The notes under the pieces are model-generated. The model searched no databases, was not told the origin of the DNA, and saw nothing but the letters and a program-made list of their open reading frames with translations. From contig DASZCA010000366.1 in the NCBI GenBank assembly GCA_035943555.1, forward strand, positions 1 through 54,048: DNA of 54,048 nt, read 5' to 3'. Below are positions 9,975-18,808 of this stretch, one piece after another; positions within the stretch are counted from its first letter, which is position 1; each line of letters opens with the position of its first letter. Source of the DNA: Verrucomicrobiia bacterium. Lineage in GTDB: Bacteria; Verrucomicrobiota; Verrucomicrobiia; Limisphaerales; UBA11358. Both the position numbers and the translations under genes were made by a program.

Positions 9975-10116
9975 TTAATTCGAATTGCCCAAGCGAAACT
10001 GAGCCTTGTTGATTCTATCCATTTTAAGGCTTTGCCAAATGAGCTTGCCGCGAACGCGAATTCGGGGATAATAGCTCCGGTGATCAAAACCACTTTTGAT
10101 CGCCAATCAAACGGTT

Positions 10117-10206
10117 GGAAGGGTGGCTGAGTGGTTAAAGGCATCTGACTCGAAATCAGAAGTAGGGGTAACCCTACCGGGGGTTCGAATCCCTCCCCTT
10201 CCGCCA
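10117..10206 (+). tRNA. tRNA-Ser (anticodon CGA), class II with long variable arm, CCA encoded
   Basis: Acceptor GGAAGGG pairs with CCCTTCC. Anticodon stem TCTGA/TCAGA with loop CTCGAAA (anticodon CGA). Variable arm TAGGG-GTAA-CCCTA. T-arm GGGGG-TTCGAAT-CCCTC. Discriminator G followed by CCA. Confidence 0.93.
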
Positions 10207-10297
10207 AATTGAAACCGGATTGCGACGGTTTAGTGAAAGATCCCCACTTGGCGCCAAAAGGATGGACGCGGACGCCCGCTTGGCGTAAAACAGCTTC

Positions 10298-10849
10298 ATG
10301 ATCGTCATCATCAGCGGCACCAACCGGCCGGGCAGCAATACACGCAAGGTCACCACCCATGTCGAAGCCATCTACAAGGCGCTCGGCATAAAAACCCAAG
10401 TGCTGGACCTGGCAGAGTTGCCGCCGGAAATCTTTTCATCCTCGTCGTATGGCGAAAAACCGGCGGCGTTCAAGAAATTCACCGATGCCGTACTGGCATC
10501 GGATGGCCTGGTGGTCATCACGCCGGAATATAACGGCAGCGTGCCGGGCATCTTGAAATATTTCATCGACATGCTGCCGTTCCCGGAAAGTTTTGAGCAA
10601 CGGCCCGTCTGTTTCGTGGGGCTGGCGGCGGGACTTTGGGGCGCGCTGCGGCCGGTGGAGCAATTGCAGGCGATCTTTGGTTATCGCAACGCCTTCATTT
10701 ATCCGGAACGCGTTTTCATGCCTGGCATCGGCAAGGTGCTGAACGAATCTGGCCAGTTCACCAGTCCGGACTTGGAGAAGCGTTTGAAAGCGCAGGCGGA
10801 AGGTTTCACCGGCTTTGTGGAAAAATTGCGGGGCAAGAAACTTCGTTGA
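10298..10849 (+). CDS. NADPH-dependent FMN reductase family oxidoreductase
   Basis: 183 aa. MIVIISGTNRPGSNTRKV (flavodoxin-like N-terminus). VVITPEYNGSVPGILKYFID is typical of the family. Confidence 0.9.
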   Translation: MIVIISGTNRPGSNTRKVTTHVEAIYKALGIKTQVLDLAELPPEIFSSSSYGEKPAAFKKFTDAVLASDGLVVITPEYNGSVPGILKYFIDMLPFPESFEQRPVCFVGLAAGLWGALRPVEQLQAIFGYRNAFIYPERVFMPGIGKVLNESGQFTSPDLEKRLKAQAEGFTGFVEKLRGKKLR

Positions 10850-10882
10850 TAACCCGCCTGAAACCGGCATGCGAAAGAGCCT

Positions 10883-11347
10883 TCAAAGCGCATCCGCCCG
10901 CAATTTCATAAAATAGACATCACTCAACGGCTGGCCGCCCAGCTTCACGTAGAAGGCTGCCGCAAGTTCGTTGGCACGATAGACGGACCAGATCAATTCT
11001 TTGGCATCCGCTGCACGGGCAATGCGAGCCGCCTCCACCATGAGGGCGCGACCCATGCCACGCCGCCGGGTACCGGCTTCCACATAAAGATCGGCCACAT
11101 AAAAGGTTCGTGCAGCGGCGTCCGAATCGTAGCCGAAGTGATAGAGCAAGTAGCCGGTCACCACACCATCATCCTCGGCCACGATTCCGGAAAAGGCCGG
11201 TTGCGCACCAAAGCCATCCCGCAAATAAGTTTCCGCGTTGAGGTTGAAATCAGAGTTGTCGCCCAAGCCGCGCAGATAAGCGGCGAATTGTTGCGCGAGG
11301 GCGCCGATGGCTTGGGCATCATCGGCGCGGGCTGGTCGGGTGGCCAT
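10883..11347 (-). CDS. GNAT family N-acetyltransferase
   Basis: 154 aa. Acetyl-CoA motif A: LYVEAGTRRRGMGRALMVEAARIA. Convergent with the FMN reductase gene. Confidence 0.9.
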   Translation of the reverse strand: MATRPARADDAQAIGALAQQFAAYLRGLGDNSDFNLNAETYLRDGFGAQPAFSGIVAEDDGVVTGYLLYHFGYDSDAAARTFYVADLYVEAGTRRRGMGRALMVEAARIARAADAKELIWSVYRANELAAAFYVKLGGQPLSDVYFMKLRADAL

Positions 11348-11469
11348 GATTGGTGTTCCAAGTGTCGGATGAAACGCAAAAACCTTACACTAAATCAACA
11401 ATAACCCGCCCGGCACCCGCCAGTTCAGTCTTGATATGAACAAACCCTCCGCATACTCGTTTTAGTGAC

Positions 11470-14400
11470 ATGGCCGAACCAATCCATGACCGTCCGACGG
11501 ATACCTCCATCTTTCTACGCCAGCAGGCGGTGATGAGCGATGCCATGCGGCGCGACATGTTGCGGGCCAACACGGCGGTGGTGATGGTGCTGGTGGCGGT
11601 GCTGGTGATGGCGTTGATTGCGATGTTCGCCGGGTGGCGGGCGGCGAAAAACTTGCGCCGGGCGGAAACAGCAGAATCCAAGGGCCGGGAACGGTTGCGG
11701 CTGGCTTACACGGAGGAAGCCCGGGCGATCCGCGTCGCTGCCGACGCCGGCGGCCGCATGGCCGCACTGATCGCAATCAGCAACGCGGTGGCGATCCAAC
11801 CTTCGCCCGAACTCCGGACCGAGGCCACCGCCTGCCTCGCCCTCTCGGATCTGGTGCAAGAAGGCGCCATGGTGCCGGCTCCGAAAGATCTGGCGCGGTT
11901 GTTAATGGATCCGCAGATGAAATATTTTGCGACCGGTGACATGGTGGGAAATGTCCAGATCTTCAGCCTGGTGGATGGCAGCCAGGCATTTGAATTTCCG
12001 GCGGCGAGCCTGGGTGTCAGGACGCATCAACCGATCATTGACCTGACCTTCAGCCCGGACAGTTCGATGATCGCAACACGCTTTGACAACGGTGCGGTCG
12101 CGGTCTGGAATCTGCAAACCTGCCGGGCCATTTTCACCAACAGCGTGGAGGCGACGAACACAATGATCGCGCGTCTGCCAACCGGGCTGGTTTTTTCAGC
12201 GGATTCAAAACAATTGATCTTCGGCGACGTCGCAGAGCAGGGCCAGATATCCATTTATGACCTGACAACAGGGCAAAAAATTTCAAGCGCGATCAATGTC
12301 ATCGGCAAGACCTACCGCATGCGTCCGGACCTCAAGCAAGTGGCGGTCATCACAGATAACCGCGTGGAGGTGTTTGATTATCCAGCGGGAACAAAACAAG
12401 GCGCGCTGGCGCATTCGGCCCATGTCGAGATGGTGGAGTGGTCACCGGACGGCCTGCGATTGGCGGTTTCCGGATTTGACGGGGATGTCTTTCTGTGGGA
12501 GCGGGACACCGACGTGCAGCGGCATTTTGCCGGGCACAGCGAACGGAGCATCCGGCTTAATTTTAATTTTGACGGCACGCGGCTTTTTTCCAGTTCGCGT
12601 GATGGCAGAACCCGGCTCTGGGATGTCACCCTCGGCCGACTGATCGCGGTGGGGGAAGGGTTCGGCTGCACCTTCACAGCAGACGGCCAGCGGATCGGTT
12701 ATTGGCGGCCGGTGGCCGGCTTCGGAACGTGGCGGTTGATGCCGAGCAAAGTATTCGCCTTGCATGAATGTGACAAAGCCGAGGGCTCCCTGCTATCCAT
12801 CGACCTTTCACCCAGCGGCCGATGGTGCGTGGTAACGCAGGGCAAGGGTTTTCGTCTCTGGGACCTGATGAACGGTGACCGGGAAACATATGTCCCGGGA
12901 ACATTTTACAATGTGCGGATGGCCATGGATGAAAAATCGCTTTTTGTCTGCAAAACCAACGGCCTGGAAACGTGGCCGCTGACCATGGATGGATCTGGTG
13001 CATTGGAATTATCCCAGGCACAGGCGAAAAAAATTCCGCTGCCGGATGACTTGGGTGCCCGGGCCGTGGCTTTGAGCCAGGATGATCGTTGGGCGGCGGT
13101 GGAACTGATGGACCGGCGGATGGTGCGGATTGACCTGACCGGCCATGCGCCGGTGGTGGAATTAAAAGGCCGGTGGCGTGGTTTGAATTACAAGGGTCCG
13201 GGCAGCGTGACCGGCGCGGGGCGGTTCGTCATCAGCCCGGATGGCAACTGGGTGGTGACCGGATTTGATTTTGAAAGTTATGGCCCCCGCGTCTGGAACG
13301 CGAACACCGGCGAGCTGGCCGCGGAACTGCCGGCGGGAAGCTCATTGGCCAGCTTCACGCAAGACGGTCGCTGGCTCGGGCTTTCGGGGGTCAGCCGGTA
13401 CTCGATCTGGTCGGTGGGCGACTGGCATTTGCAAAAAGAGTTCATCCGCGACGAGGCCACATTGGTGCATGGCGCGCTGGCCTTTATGCCCGATGCCGGA
13501 ACGCTCGCCATTTCACAGACCCGGCAACTCGTGCAATTGCGCGACTGGCAGACGGATGAAAAGATCGGTGACCTGATTCCGCCAGCCGCGCAGAGCATCA
13601 ATACGATCCGGGTGTCGTTGAACGGAGCCATGCTGGTCATGGCGACAGGCAATGACATGGTGGAAGTGTGGCGGCTGAGCCCATTGCGGGAGGCGCTGGC
13701 GGCGATGGGACTTGATTGGAACACTTCGTCTCCGGGTACGGCGGCAGCCATCGCCACGTTGCGTCCGGCCGGAAGCCCGGAAATGATTTTCCTCGCGAGC
13801 CTGGGCGGATTTGCGCTGGTGGCGATCCTGGTTTTGCTGACATTGCGCCGGCACCGGACTGCGATCGAACGGTTTGTGGTGGCGGAAGCCAGCGCGGCGC
13901 AGCGCAACCGCGAGCTGGACCTGGCCAAAGTGGAATTGATGCACAGCCAGAAGATGCAGGCGCTGGGAACGTTGGCCACCGGCATCGCCCACGATTTCAA
14001 CAACCTGCTCTCCGTGGTGCGCATGTCCAACAAGCTGATCGCCCGGCAAGCTCCTGATGATCCGGAAATCCAGGAACACGTGACGGGCATCGAACAGGCG
14101 GTGTTGCAGGGAAAAAGCGTGGTGAGCTCGGTCTTGGGCTATGCGCGGCCGGGAAAAGACACCGGGGAATTTGCCGATGTCAGCGCCGTGGTGAACGAGG
14201 TGGTGGCGTTGTTAAGCCGCGAGTTTTTGAGCGGAATCGAACTGACCTTGGAACTGGATCGCAATGCGCCCCGGGCCCGGGTCGCCCGCGGGCCGCTGGA
14301 GCAGGTGCTGTTGAACCTGCTGGTGAACGCTTCCGAAGCGATGCAAGGCGAAGGACATTTGAAAATCGTTTTGCATGCGTGCGCGGCCTTGCCGCCGGGT

Positions 14401-14706
14401 GCCTATATTCTGCGACCGTCTCCGGCGGGGGAATATGTGGAACTGAACGTGGTGGATACCGGCCCGGGCATTGCGCCGGAAATCCGTGACCGGCTGTTCG
14501 AGCCTTTTTTTACAACCAAGCAGAAAGCTGCCAAGGCCGGAACGGGCCTGGGTCTTTCACTGGTCTATTCCATCGCGCAACAGACCGGCATCGGGTTGAG
14601 CTTGGAAAGCGAACCTGGCAAGGGCGCCCGGTTCACGCTGTTCATTCCGGCCGGCGGCACGGCTGTGCGCCAAATGCACAGTGCCAAAATCAACGACCCG
14701 GCTTAA
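11470..14706 (+). CDS. Sensor histidine kinase with a ~720-aa extracytoplasmic WD40/beta-propeller region between two TM helices
   Basis: 1078 aa. TM1 VVMVLVAVLVMALIAMFAGW. WD-like blades: VQIFSLVDG, VAVWNLQT, VFLWERDT, TRLWDVTLG, FRLWDLMNG, VEVWRL. TM2 MIFLASLGGFALVAILVLLTL (~13783-13845). HisKA MQALGTLATGIAHDFNNLL. N box LLNLLVNASEAM. G1 VVDTGPGI. G2 GTGLGLSLV. Confidence 0.9.
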   Translation: MAEPIHDRPTDTSIFLRQQAVMSDAMRRDMLRANTAVVMVLVAVLVMALIAMFAGWRAAKNLRRAETAESKGRERLRLAYTEEARAIRVAADAGGRMAALIAISNAVAIQPSPELRTEATACLALSDLVQEGAMVPAPKDLARLLMDPQMKYFATGDMVGNVQIFSLVDGSQAFEFPAASLGVRTHQPIIDLTFSPDSSMIATRFDNGAVAVWNLQTCRAIFTNSVEATNTMIARLPTGLVFSADSKQLIFGDVAEQGQISIYDLTTGQKISSAINVIGKTYRMRPDLKQVAVITDNRVEVFDYPAGTKQGALAHSAHVEMVEWSPDGLRLAVSGFDGDVFLWERDTDVQRHFAGHSERSIRLNFNFDGTRLFSSSRDGRTRLWDVTLGRLIAVGEGFGCTFTADGQRIGYWRPVAGFGTWRLMPSKVFALHECDKAEGSLLSIDLSPSGRWCVVTQGKGFRLWDLMNGDRETYVPGTFYNVRMAMDEKSLFVCKTNGLETWPLTMDGSGALELSQAQAKKIPLPDDLGARAVALSQDDRWAAVELMDRRMVRIDLTGHAPVVELKGRWRGLNYKGPGSVTGAGRFVISPDGNWVVTGFDFESYGPRVWNANTGELAAELPAGSSLASFTQDGRWLGLSGVSRYSIWSVGDWHLQKEFIRDEATLVHGALAFMPDAGTLAISQTRQLVQLRDWQTDEKIGDLIPPAAQSINTIRVSLNGAMLVMATGNDMVEVWRLSPLREALAAMGLDWNTSSPGTAAAIATLRPAGSPEMIFLASLGGFALVAILVLLTLRRHRTAIERFVVAEASAAQRNRELDLAKVELMHSQKMQALGTLATGIAHDFNNLLSVVRMSNKLIARQAPDDPEIQEHVTGIEQAVLQGKSVVSSVLGYARPGKDTGEFADVSAVVNEVVALLSREFLSGIELTLELDRNAPRARVARGPLEQVLLNLLVNASEAMQGEGHLKIVLHACAALPPGAYILRPSPAGEYVELNVVDTGPGIAPEIRDRLFEPFFTTKQKAAKAGTGLGLSLVYSIAQQTGIGLSLESEPGKGARFTLFIPAGGTAVRQMHSAKINDPA

Positions 14707-14717
14707 AATCCGGATGG

Positions 14718-15383
14718 ATGACTGAAACGATGGAAATACTGGCTTCAATATTGATCGTGGAAGACGACCCGCGGCAATTGAGGCTGTATGCCCAGGCTTT
14801 GCGTGCGTACCGGCTGACGTGCGTTGCCACCGGCACCGCCGCGCTGAAAGCGATGAGTGAAATGAAACCGGACCTCATCATCCTGGATAATGTGCTGGAT
14901 GCCGGCGAGCGCGGGGTGGATTTTTTGCCCAAGCTCAAAAGCGCGGCGGCCCATGTGCCCATCATCCTCATTTCCGGCACGTTAAAAATTCATGAGCAGA
15001 TGGCGGCATTGCAAGGTCCGCGCTCGGCCCATTTCACATTGGACAAGCCGATCGACCTGGATGAACTGGATCGCACGGTGGAGATCGCGCTGACGGAGTG
15101 CGGTTTCGGGGAGACGGTCGCGGCGCTGCAATCGCTGGAACGGGCGGAAAAGATCGAGGCATCCGAACCGGACCGGCGCTTCACGGAGCGCCTGGCACGG
15201 CAATACGAAATGATCAAGCGTCTGCGCGGCGCCGCGGCACGACCCAATATTTCTGAATTGTCGCGCGAGTTCAATGTCGCCCGGAAGACCATCATCCGCG
15301 ACCTGCAGGACTTGATCAAACGCGGCCAGTTGCCCGGGGAGATCTATCCGGAGTGGAACCAGGAAAACACCGGCGAGGAATAG
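14718..15383 (+). CDS. Response regulator: receiver domain plus a C-terminal DeoR/winged-helix-like HTH
   Basis: 221 aa, 11 nt after the kinase gene. ILIVEDD, phospho-acceptor context DLIILDNVL, conserved Lys in LDKP. C-terminal HTH: NISELSREFNVARKTIIRDLQDLIKRGQL. Confidence 0.88.
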   Translation: MTETMEILASILIVEDDPRQLRLYAQALRAYRLTCVATGTAALKAMSEMKPDLIILDNVLDAGERGVDFLPKLKSAAAHVPIILISGTLKIHEQMAALQGPRSAHFTLDKPIDLDELDRTVEIALTECGFGETVAALQSLERAEKIEASEPDRRFTERLARQYEMIKRLRGAAARPNISELSREFNVARKTIIRDLQDLIKRGQLPGEIYPEWNQENTGEE

Positions 15384-15464
15384 CCGGCGCCAGGATTTCT
15401 TTGGCGCCCCCTGTGCGTCACTCGCACAGTATTGCGAGGGACTTTACCGTGGTACAAGAGGGGC

Positions 15465-18400
15465 ATGGAAAATCACAATTCCGTTCCAGCCCGGGTTATT
15501 TTATTCTTCACCTGCTGCTTTGTCTGGCTGGCTTTTCCGGTGCGCGGCAACACGCTGACCTGGACGGGCACCGGCGCCAATGCGTATTGGAACAACAGCG
15601 CCAACTGGGGCGGCTTCGGCATTCCAGCCAACGGCGATACGTTGATTTTCACCGGCTTCACCAACTATGTGAACACAAACAACATCGCCAACCTGACGTT
15701 GAATTCGATCAAGTTTTATGACTTTTCCAGCAGTTTCGACCTGCGCGGCAACGCGTTCACCCTGACGAACAGCATCATCGACACAAACTTCGTCGGCAGC
15801 GCGATCATCGAAAACAACATCACACTGGCAACTGCGGATGTGCTGCTGCGGGTCGACAGCATTTTTTCCACCCTGACCTTGGAAGGTCAACTCACAGGCT
15901 CCGTGGGCGTGAACAAGACCGGGACGGGACGGTTGCTCTACCAGTATGGCGGGAACAACACGTATACCGGCACCACGCTGGTGGGCAACGGCTATCTGGA
16001 ACTGAACGTGAGCGGGAGCAGCGCCTTTGGCGGGCCGCTGGTGATCGGCGACGGTTCGGGCAGCAACAGCATAGTGCAGTTGCTACAGAGCGTGGAAATC
16101 TCGACCGCCGCAGACATCAGCCTGAACAAGGATGGCTTGCTGGATCTGAACGGGTTTTACCAGACCATCGGCACCAACGTGCTTTTCAACGGCACCGCCA
16201 GCGCTATTTTTAGCGGGAGCGGCGGGCTGTCCTTGTTGCCCAATTGCACGATCACTTTGGCCACCGGCGTGGTGGGCAGCATCACTGGCAACCTTAACAT
16301 CGGGTCCGGCACCTTGAACATTGTGGGCGATAACGGCCCGCTATTCAGCCAGGCCATTTTTTCCGTGTCTGCGAATGTGAGCGGTTCGGCCAATATCACG
16401 CAAAACGGATGGGTCGACAGTCAATGGTCGGGCACCAATACTTACTCGGCCATTTATACCGCCAACGGCCCCAGTTTCATCGTGTTGGCCAATTCCCAGG
16501 CATTGGGCAATCCGACCAACACCATGACGCTCAACGGGCGGTCCGCGGTGCAGCTAAGCGGCAACATCCACGTCACCAACCAGTGGCTGACCATCAACAG
16601 CACCAATGTCGCCTACGACTATGCCCTGTCGGTTGAATCCACCTCGACCAATTCCTGGCAGGCCAATTTTTTGCTCGGCACAAATGTGATGGTGGATGTC
16701 GCGACGAACTGTTCTTTGATACTCAACATCAACAGTTCCATCACCGGCCCGGGCGGCATCATCAAATCCGATAAGGGCGGCCTAACGCTGGCGGGAGGAA
16801 TCAATGTGAGCAGCTACATTGGGGATACGACGGTCCTGGGCGGAACGTTATTCTTGGATTCCGTCAATGTCATCCGTTATGGAAGGCTGACGGTGGGCTC
16901 CGGCTCCGGCCAACCCAAGGCAACTGCCGTACGATATCTGGCGAATTCGTGCATTTATGGCGGGCCCGGTGGATCCACCGTTTTGCTTAATGAAGACGGC
17001 TGGCTGGATCTGAACGGATTTTTTGATGATGTGGGGCCGATCGCGATGGACGGGGCGACCATCACCACGGGGGCGGGAATGTTATCGCTGTTTCCGCCGC
17101 TGACAGCCGTCGCCGGCGGCCATGGCAGCGCGTTCGTCTACGGAAACATGCAATTGACGGGCAACAGCGCGCTAGTGGCGTCCAACGCGTTGGTGGTGTA
17201 CGCCCAGGTCTCCAGTTCCGGCAACTACACGCTCACCAAGAGCGGCCCCAGTTTTCTGTTTTTGTTGGCGAGCAATTCTTATGCGGGCACAAATATCGTC
17301 CAGCAAGGCTGGCTCAGCCTGGGCAACGGCTCGGCTTTGGGCAGCGCGAACAACAGCACGATCGTCAGCAATGGCGCGACCCTGACCATGAACGGAAATT
17401 TCACGGTGACGCAGGCATTGCTCACCTTGAACGGGCCGGGCGAGCCGAGCTGGGGTTCTTTGGATTCGGAAACCATCGGCGGCACGAACGTCTGGATGGG
17501 GCCGATCGTTTTGAATGCGGACAGCAATTTTTCGCCGGACCAGGAGGGCACGACCCTCCGGCTGATCAGCCAGATCAGCGGGCCCGGCGGGTTCACACAA
17601 TTCAATGACGCGGGCGATACCAACAGCGTACTCTCGCTGGAAGGCAATGCGGTCAATTCGTATGGCGGGACCACCATCGTCAATGGCGGCACCTTGATGT
17701 TGAGCAAAGCTTCCGGGCAAGCGGTGCCGGGCAACTTGGTGATCAATAATCAAAGCGTGGCCCGGCTGGGGTACTACACGCAAAACGCCCAGACAGCCGA
17801 TGTGCTGGTGAACAGCGGCGGCCTGTTCGACCTGTCCATCTACTATACCTATATCGATACGCTGCACGGTACCGGCCAGGTAAACTTTGGCACCCAAGGA
17901 TGGATCGAAGTGGGCTTTAACAACGGTAGCAGCACGTTTGCCGGGGTGATGACCGGCACGGGCTATACATCCGGCGGTTATACGGTGGCCAAGCGCGGTT
18001 CTGGTACGTTCACGTTGACAGGCAATAACACCTTCACCGCCGGGGCGACCCATGTTTTCTCGCCGGGCAAACTCATCATCAACGGCAGCCAGGCGCAGGT
18101 GCCGGCCATCGTGGATGCGGGCGCGACATTGGGCGGCACGGGCACAGTCGGCGCGATCACGGCGAACGGCGTGATCTCCCCCGGCACCAACGGACCGGGC
18201 GTTCTTGGCAGCGGCACGGTGACCTACGGCAGCACAGGCAGCCTGGCCGTGATGCTCAATGGCACAACGGTCGGAAGTGGCTACAGCGAGTTGAACGTGG
18301 CCGGGACGGTCAACTTGGCCAGCGCCACGTTATCGGTGATTCCGGGAACGCCGGGGGCGATCAACAATCAGTATACAATTCTCAATAATGATCTTTTCGA

Positions 18401-18761
18401 TGCGGTCAGCGGCACCTTTGCCGGACTGGCGGAAGGCGCCACGGTGGTGGCGAACAATGGCGCGCTGTACACGATCAGTTATCATGGCGGCTCGGGCAAT
18501 GACGTGGTGTTGACACAGATTGCGCTGCCATCGTTGCCGAAATTCACGGGCATCCAGAAATTGATGGGCGGTGCCTTACAGATCAACGGCATCGGCATCA
18601 GCAATCTGACTTACACGGTGCAGGCCAACACGAATCTGGCCACGACGAACTGGGTCGCCATCGGCACGACCACGCCGCCCGCGAACACCAACACCTTGCA
18701 GTTCACGGATTTCAACGCCATCAGTTTTCCGCAGCGGTTCTATCGTTTCTATCTGCCTTGA
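15465..18761 (+). CDS. Secreted autotransporter-associated beta-strand-repeat (passenger-like beta-helix) protein. It has no beta-barrel translocator and ends in the shared C-terminal module.
   Basis: The track ORF starts at TTG 15432. ATG 15465 gives MENHNSVPARVILFFTCCFVWLAFPVRG. TWTGTGANAYWNNSANWGG. Repeats of the type GGNNTYTGTTLVGNGYLELN, NSYAGTNIVQQGWLSLGNGSALGS, NSYGGTTIVNGGTLMLSK. Passenger-end-like YTISYHGGSGNDVVLT. C-terminus ...YTVQANTNLATTNWVAIG...QRFYRFYLP*. Confidence 0.88.
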   Translation: MENHNSVPARVILFFTCCFVWLAFPVRGNTLTWTGTGANAYWNNSANWGGFGIPANGDTLIFTGFTNYVNTNNIANLTLNSIKFYDFSSSFDLRGNAFTLTNSIIDTNFVGSAIIENNITLATADVLLRVDSIFSTLTLEGQLTGSVGVNKTGTGRLLYQYGGNNTYTGTTLVGNGYLELNVSGSSAFGGPLVIGDGSGSNSIVQLLQSVEISTAADISLNKDGLLDLNGFYQTIGTNVLFNGTASAIFSGSGGLSLLPNCTITLATGVVGSITGNLNIGSGTLNIVGDNGPLFSQAIFSVSANVSGSANITQNGWVDSQWSGTNTYSAIYTANGPSFIVLANSQALGNPTNTMTLNGRSAVQLSGNIHVTNQWLTINSTNVAYDYALSVESTSTNSWQANFLLGTNVMVDVATNCSLILNINSSITGPGGIIKSDKGGLTLAGGINVSSYIGDTTVLGGTLFLDSVNVIRYGRLTVGSGSGQPKATAVRYLANSCIYGGPGGSTVLLNEDGWLDLNGFFDDVGPIAMDGATITTGAGMLSLFPPLTAVAGGHGSAFVYGNMQLTGNSALVASNALVVYAQVSSSGNYTLTKSGPSFLFLLASNSYAGTNIVQQGWLSLGNGSALGSANNSTIVSNGATLTMNGNFTVTQALLTLNGPGEPSWGSLDSETIGGTNVWMGPIVLNADSNFSPDQEGTTLRLISQISGPGGFTQFNDAGDTNSVLSLEGNAVNSYGGTTIVNGGTLMLSKASGQAVPGNLVINNQSVARLGYYTQNAQTADVLVNSGGLFDLSIYYTYIDTLHGTGQVNFGTQGWIEVGFNNGSSTFAGVMTGTGYTSGGYTVAKRGSGTFTLTGNNTFTAGATHVFSPGKLIINGSQAQVPAIVDAGATLGGTGTVGAITANGVISPGTNGPGVLGSGTVTYGSTGSLAVMLNGTTVGSGYSELNVAGTVNLASATLSVIPGTPGAINNQYTILNNDLFDAVSGTFAGLAEGATVVANNGALYTISYHGGSGNDVVLTQIALPSLPKFTGIQKLMGGALQINGIGISNLTYTVQANTNLATTNWVAIGTTTPPANTNTLQFTDFNAISFPQRFYRFYLP

Positions 18762-18808
18762 AGAATTTAAAAACCTCGCACGCCGGACATCAAAAAAAAC
18801 ATACACCC

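Noticed and set aside
9975-10116. An att-like duplication of the tRNA-Ser 3' end that would mark a genomic island.
   Set aside because: Only the trivial palindromic heptamer TTCGAAT (9979-9985) is shared with the T-loop. There is no extended repeat and no integrase.
17172-18053. Long antisense or out-of-frame ORFs in the track. Examples: 17172..18053 (293 aa), 13278..14090 (270 aa), 32679..33587 (302 aa), 49780..50598 (272 aa), 52364..53107 (247 aa), 31484..32308 (274 aa), 21505..22266 (253 aa) and 18905..19564.
   Set aside because: They lie opposite or out of frame to genes with clear family motifs. Their Arg/Gly/Ala/Pro-rich composition is typical of non-coding frames in high-GC DNA. None shows a recognisable motif.
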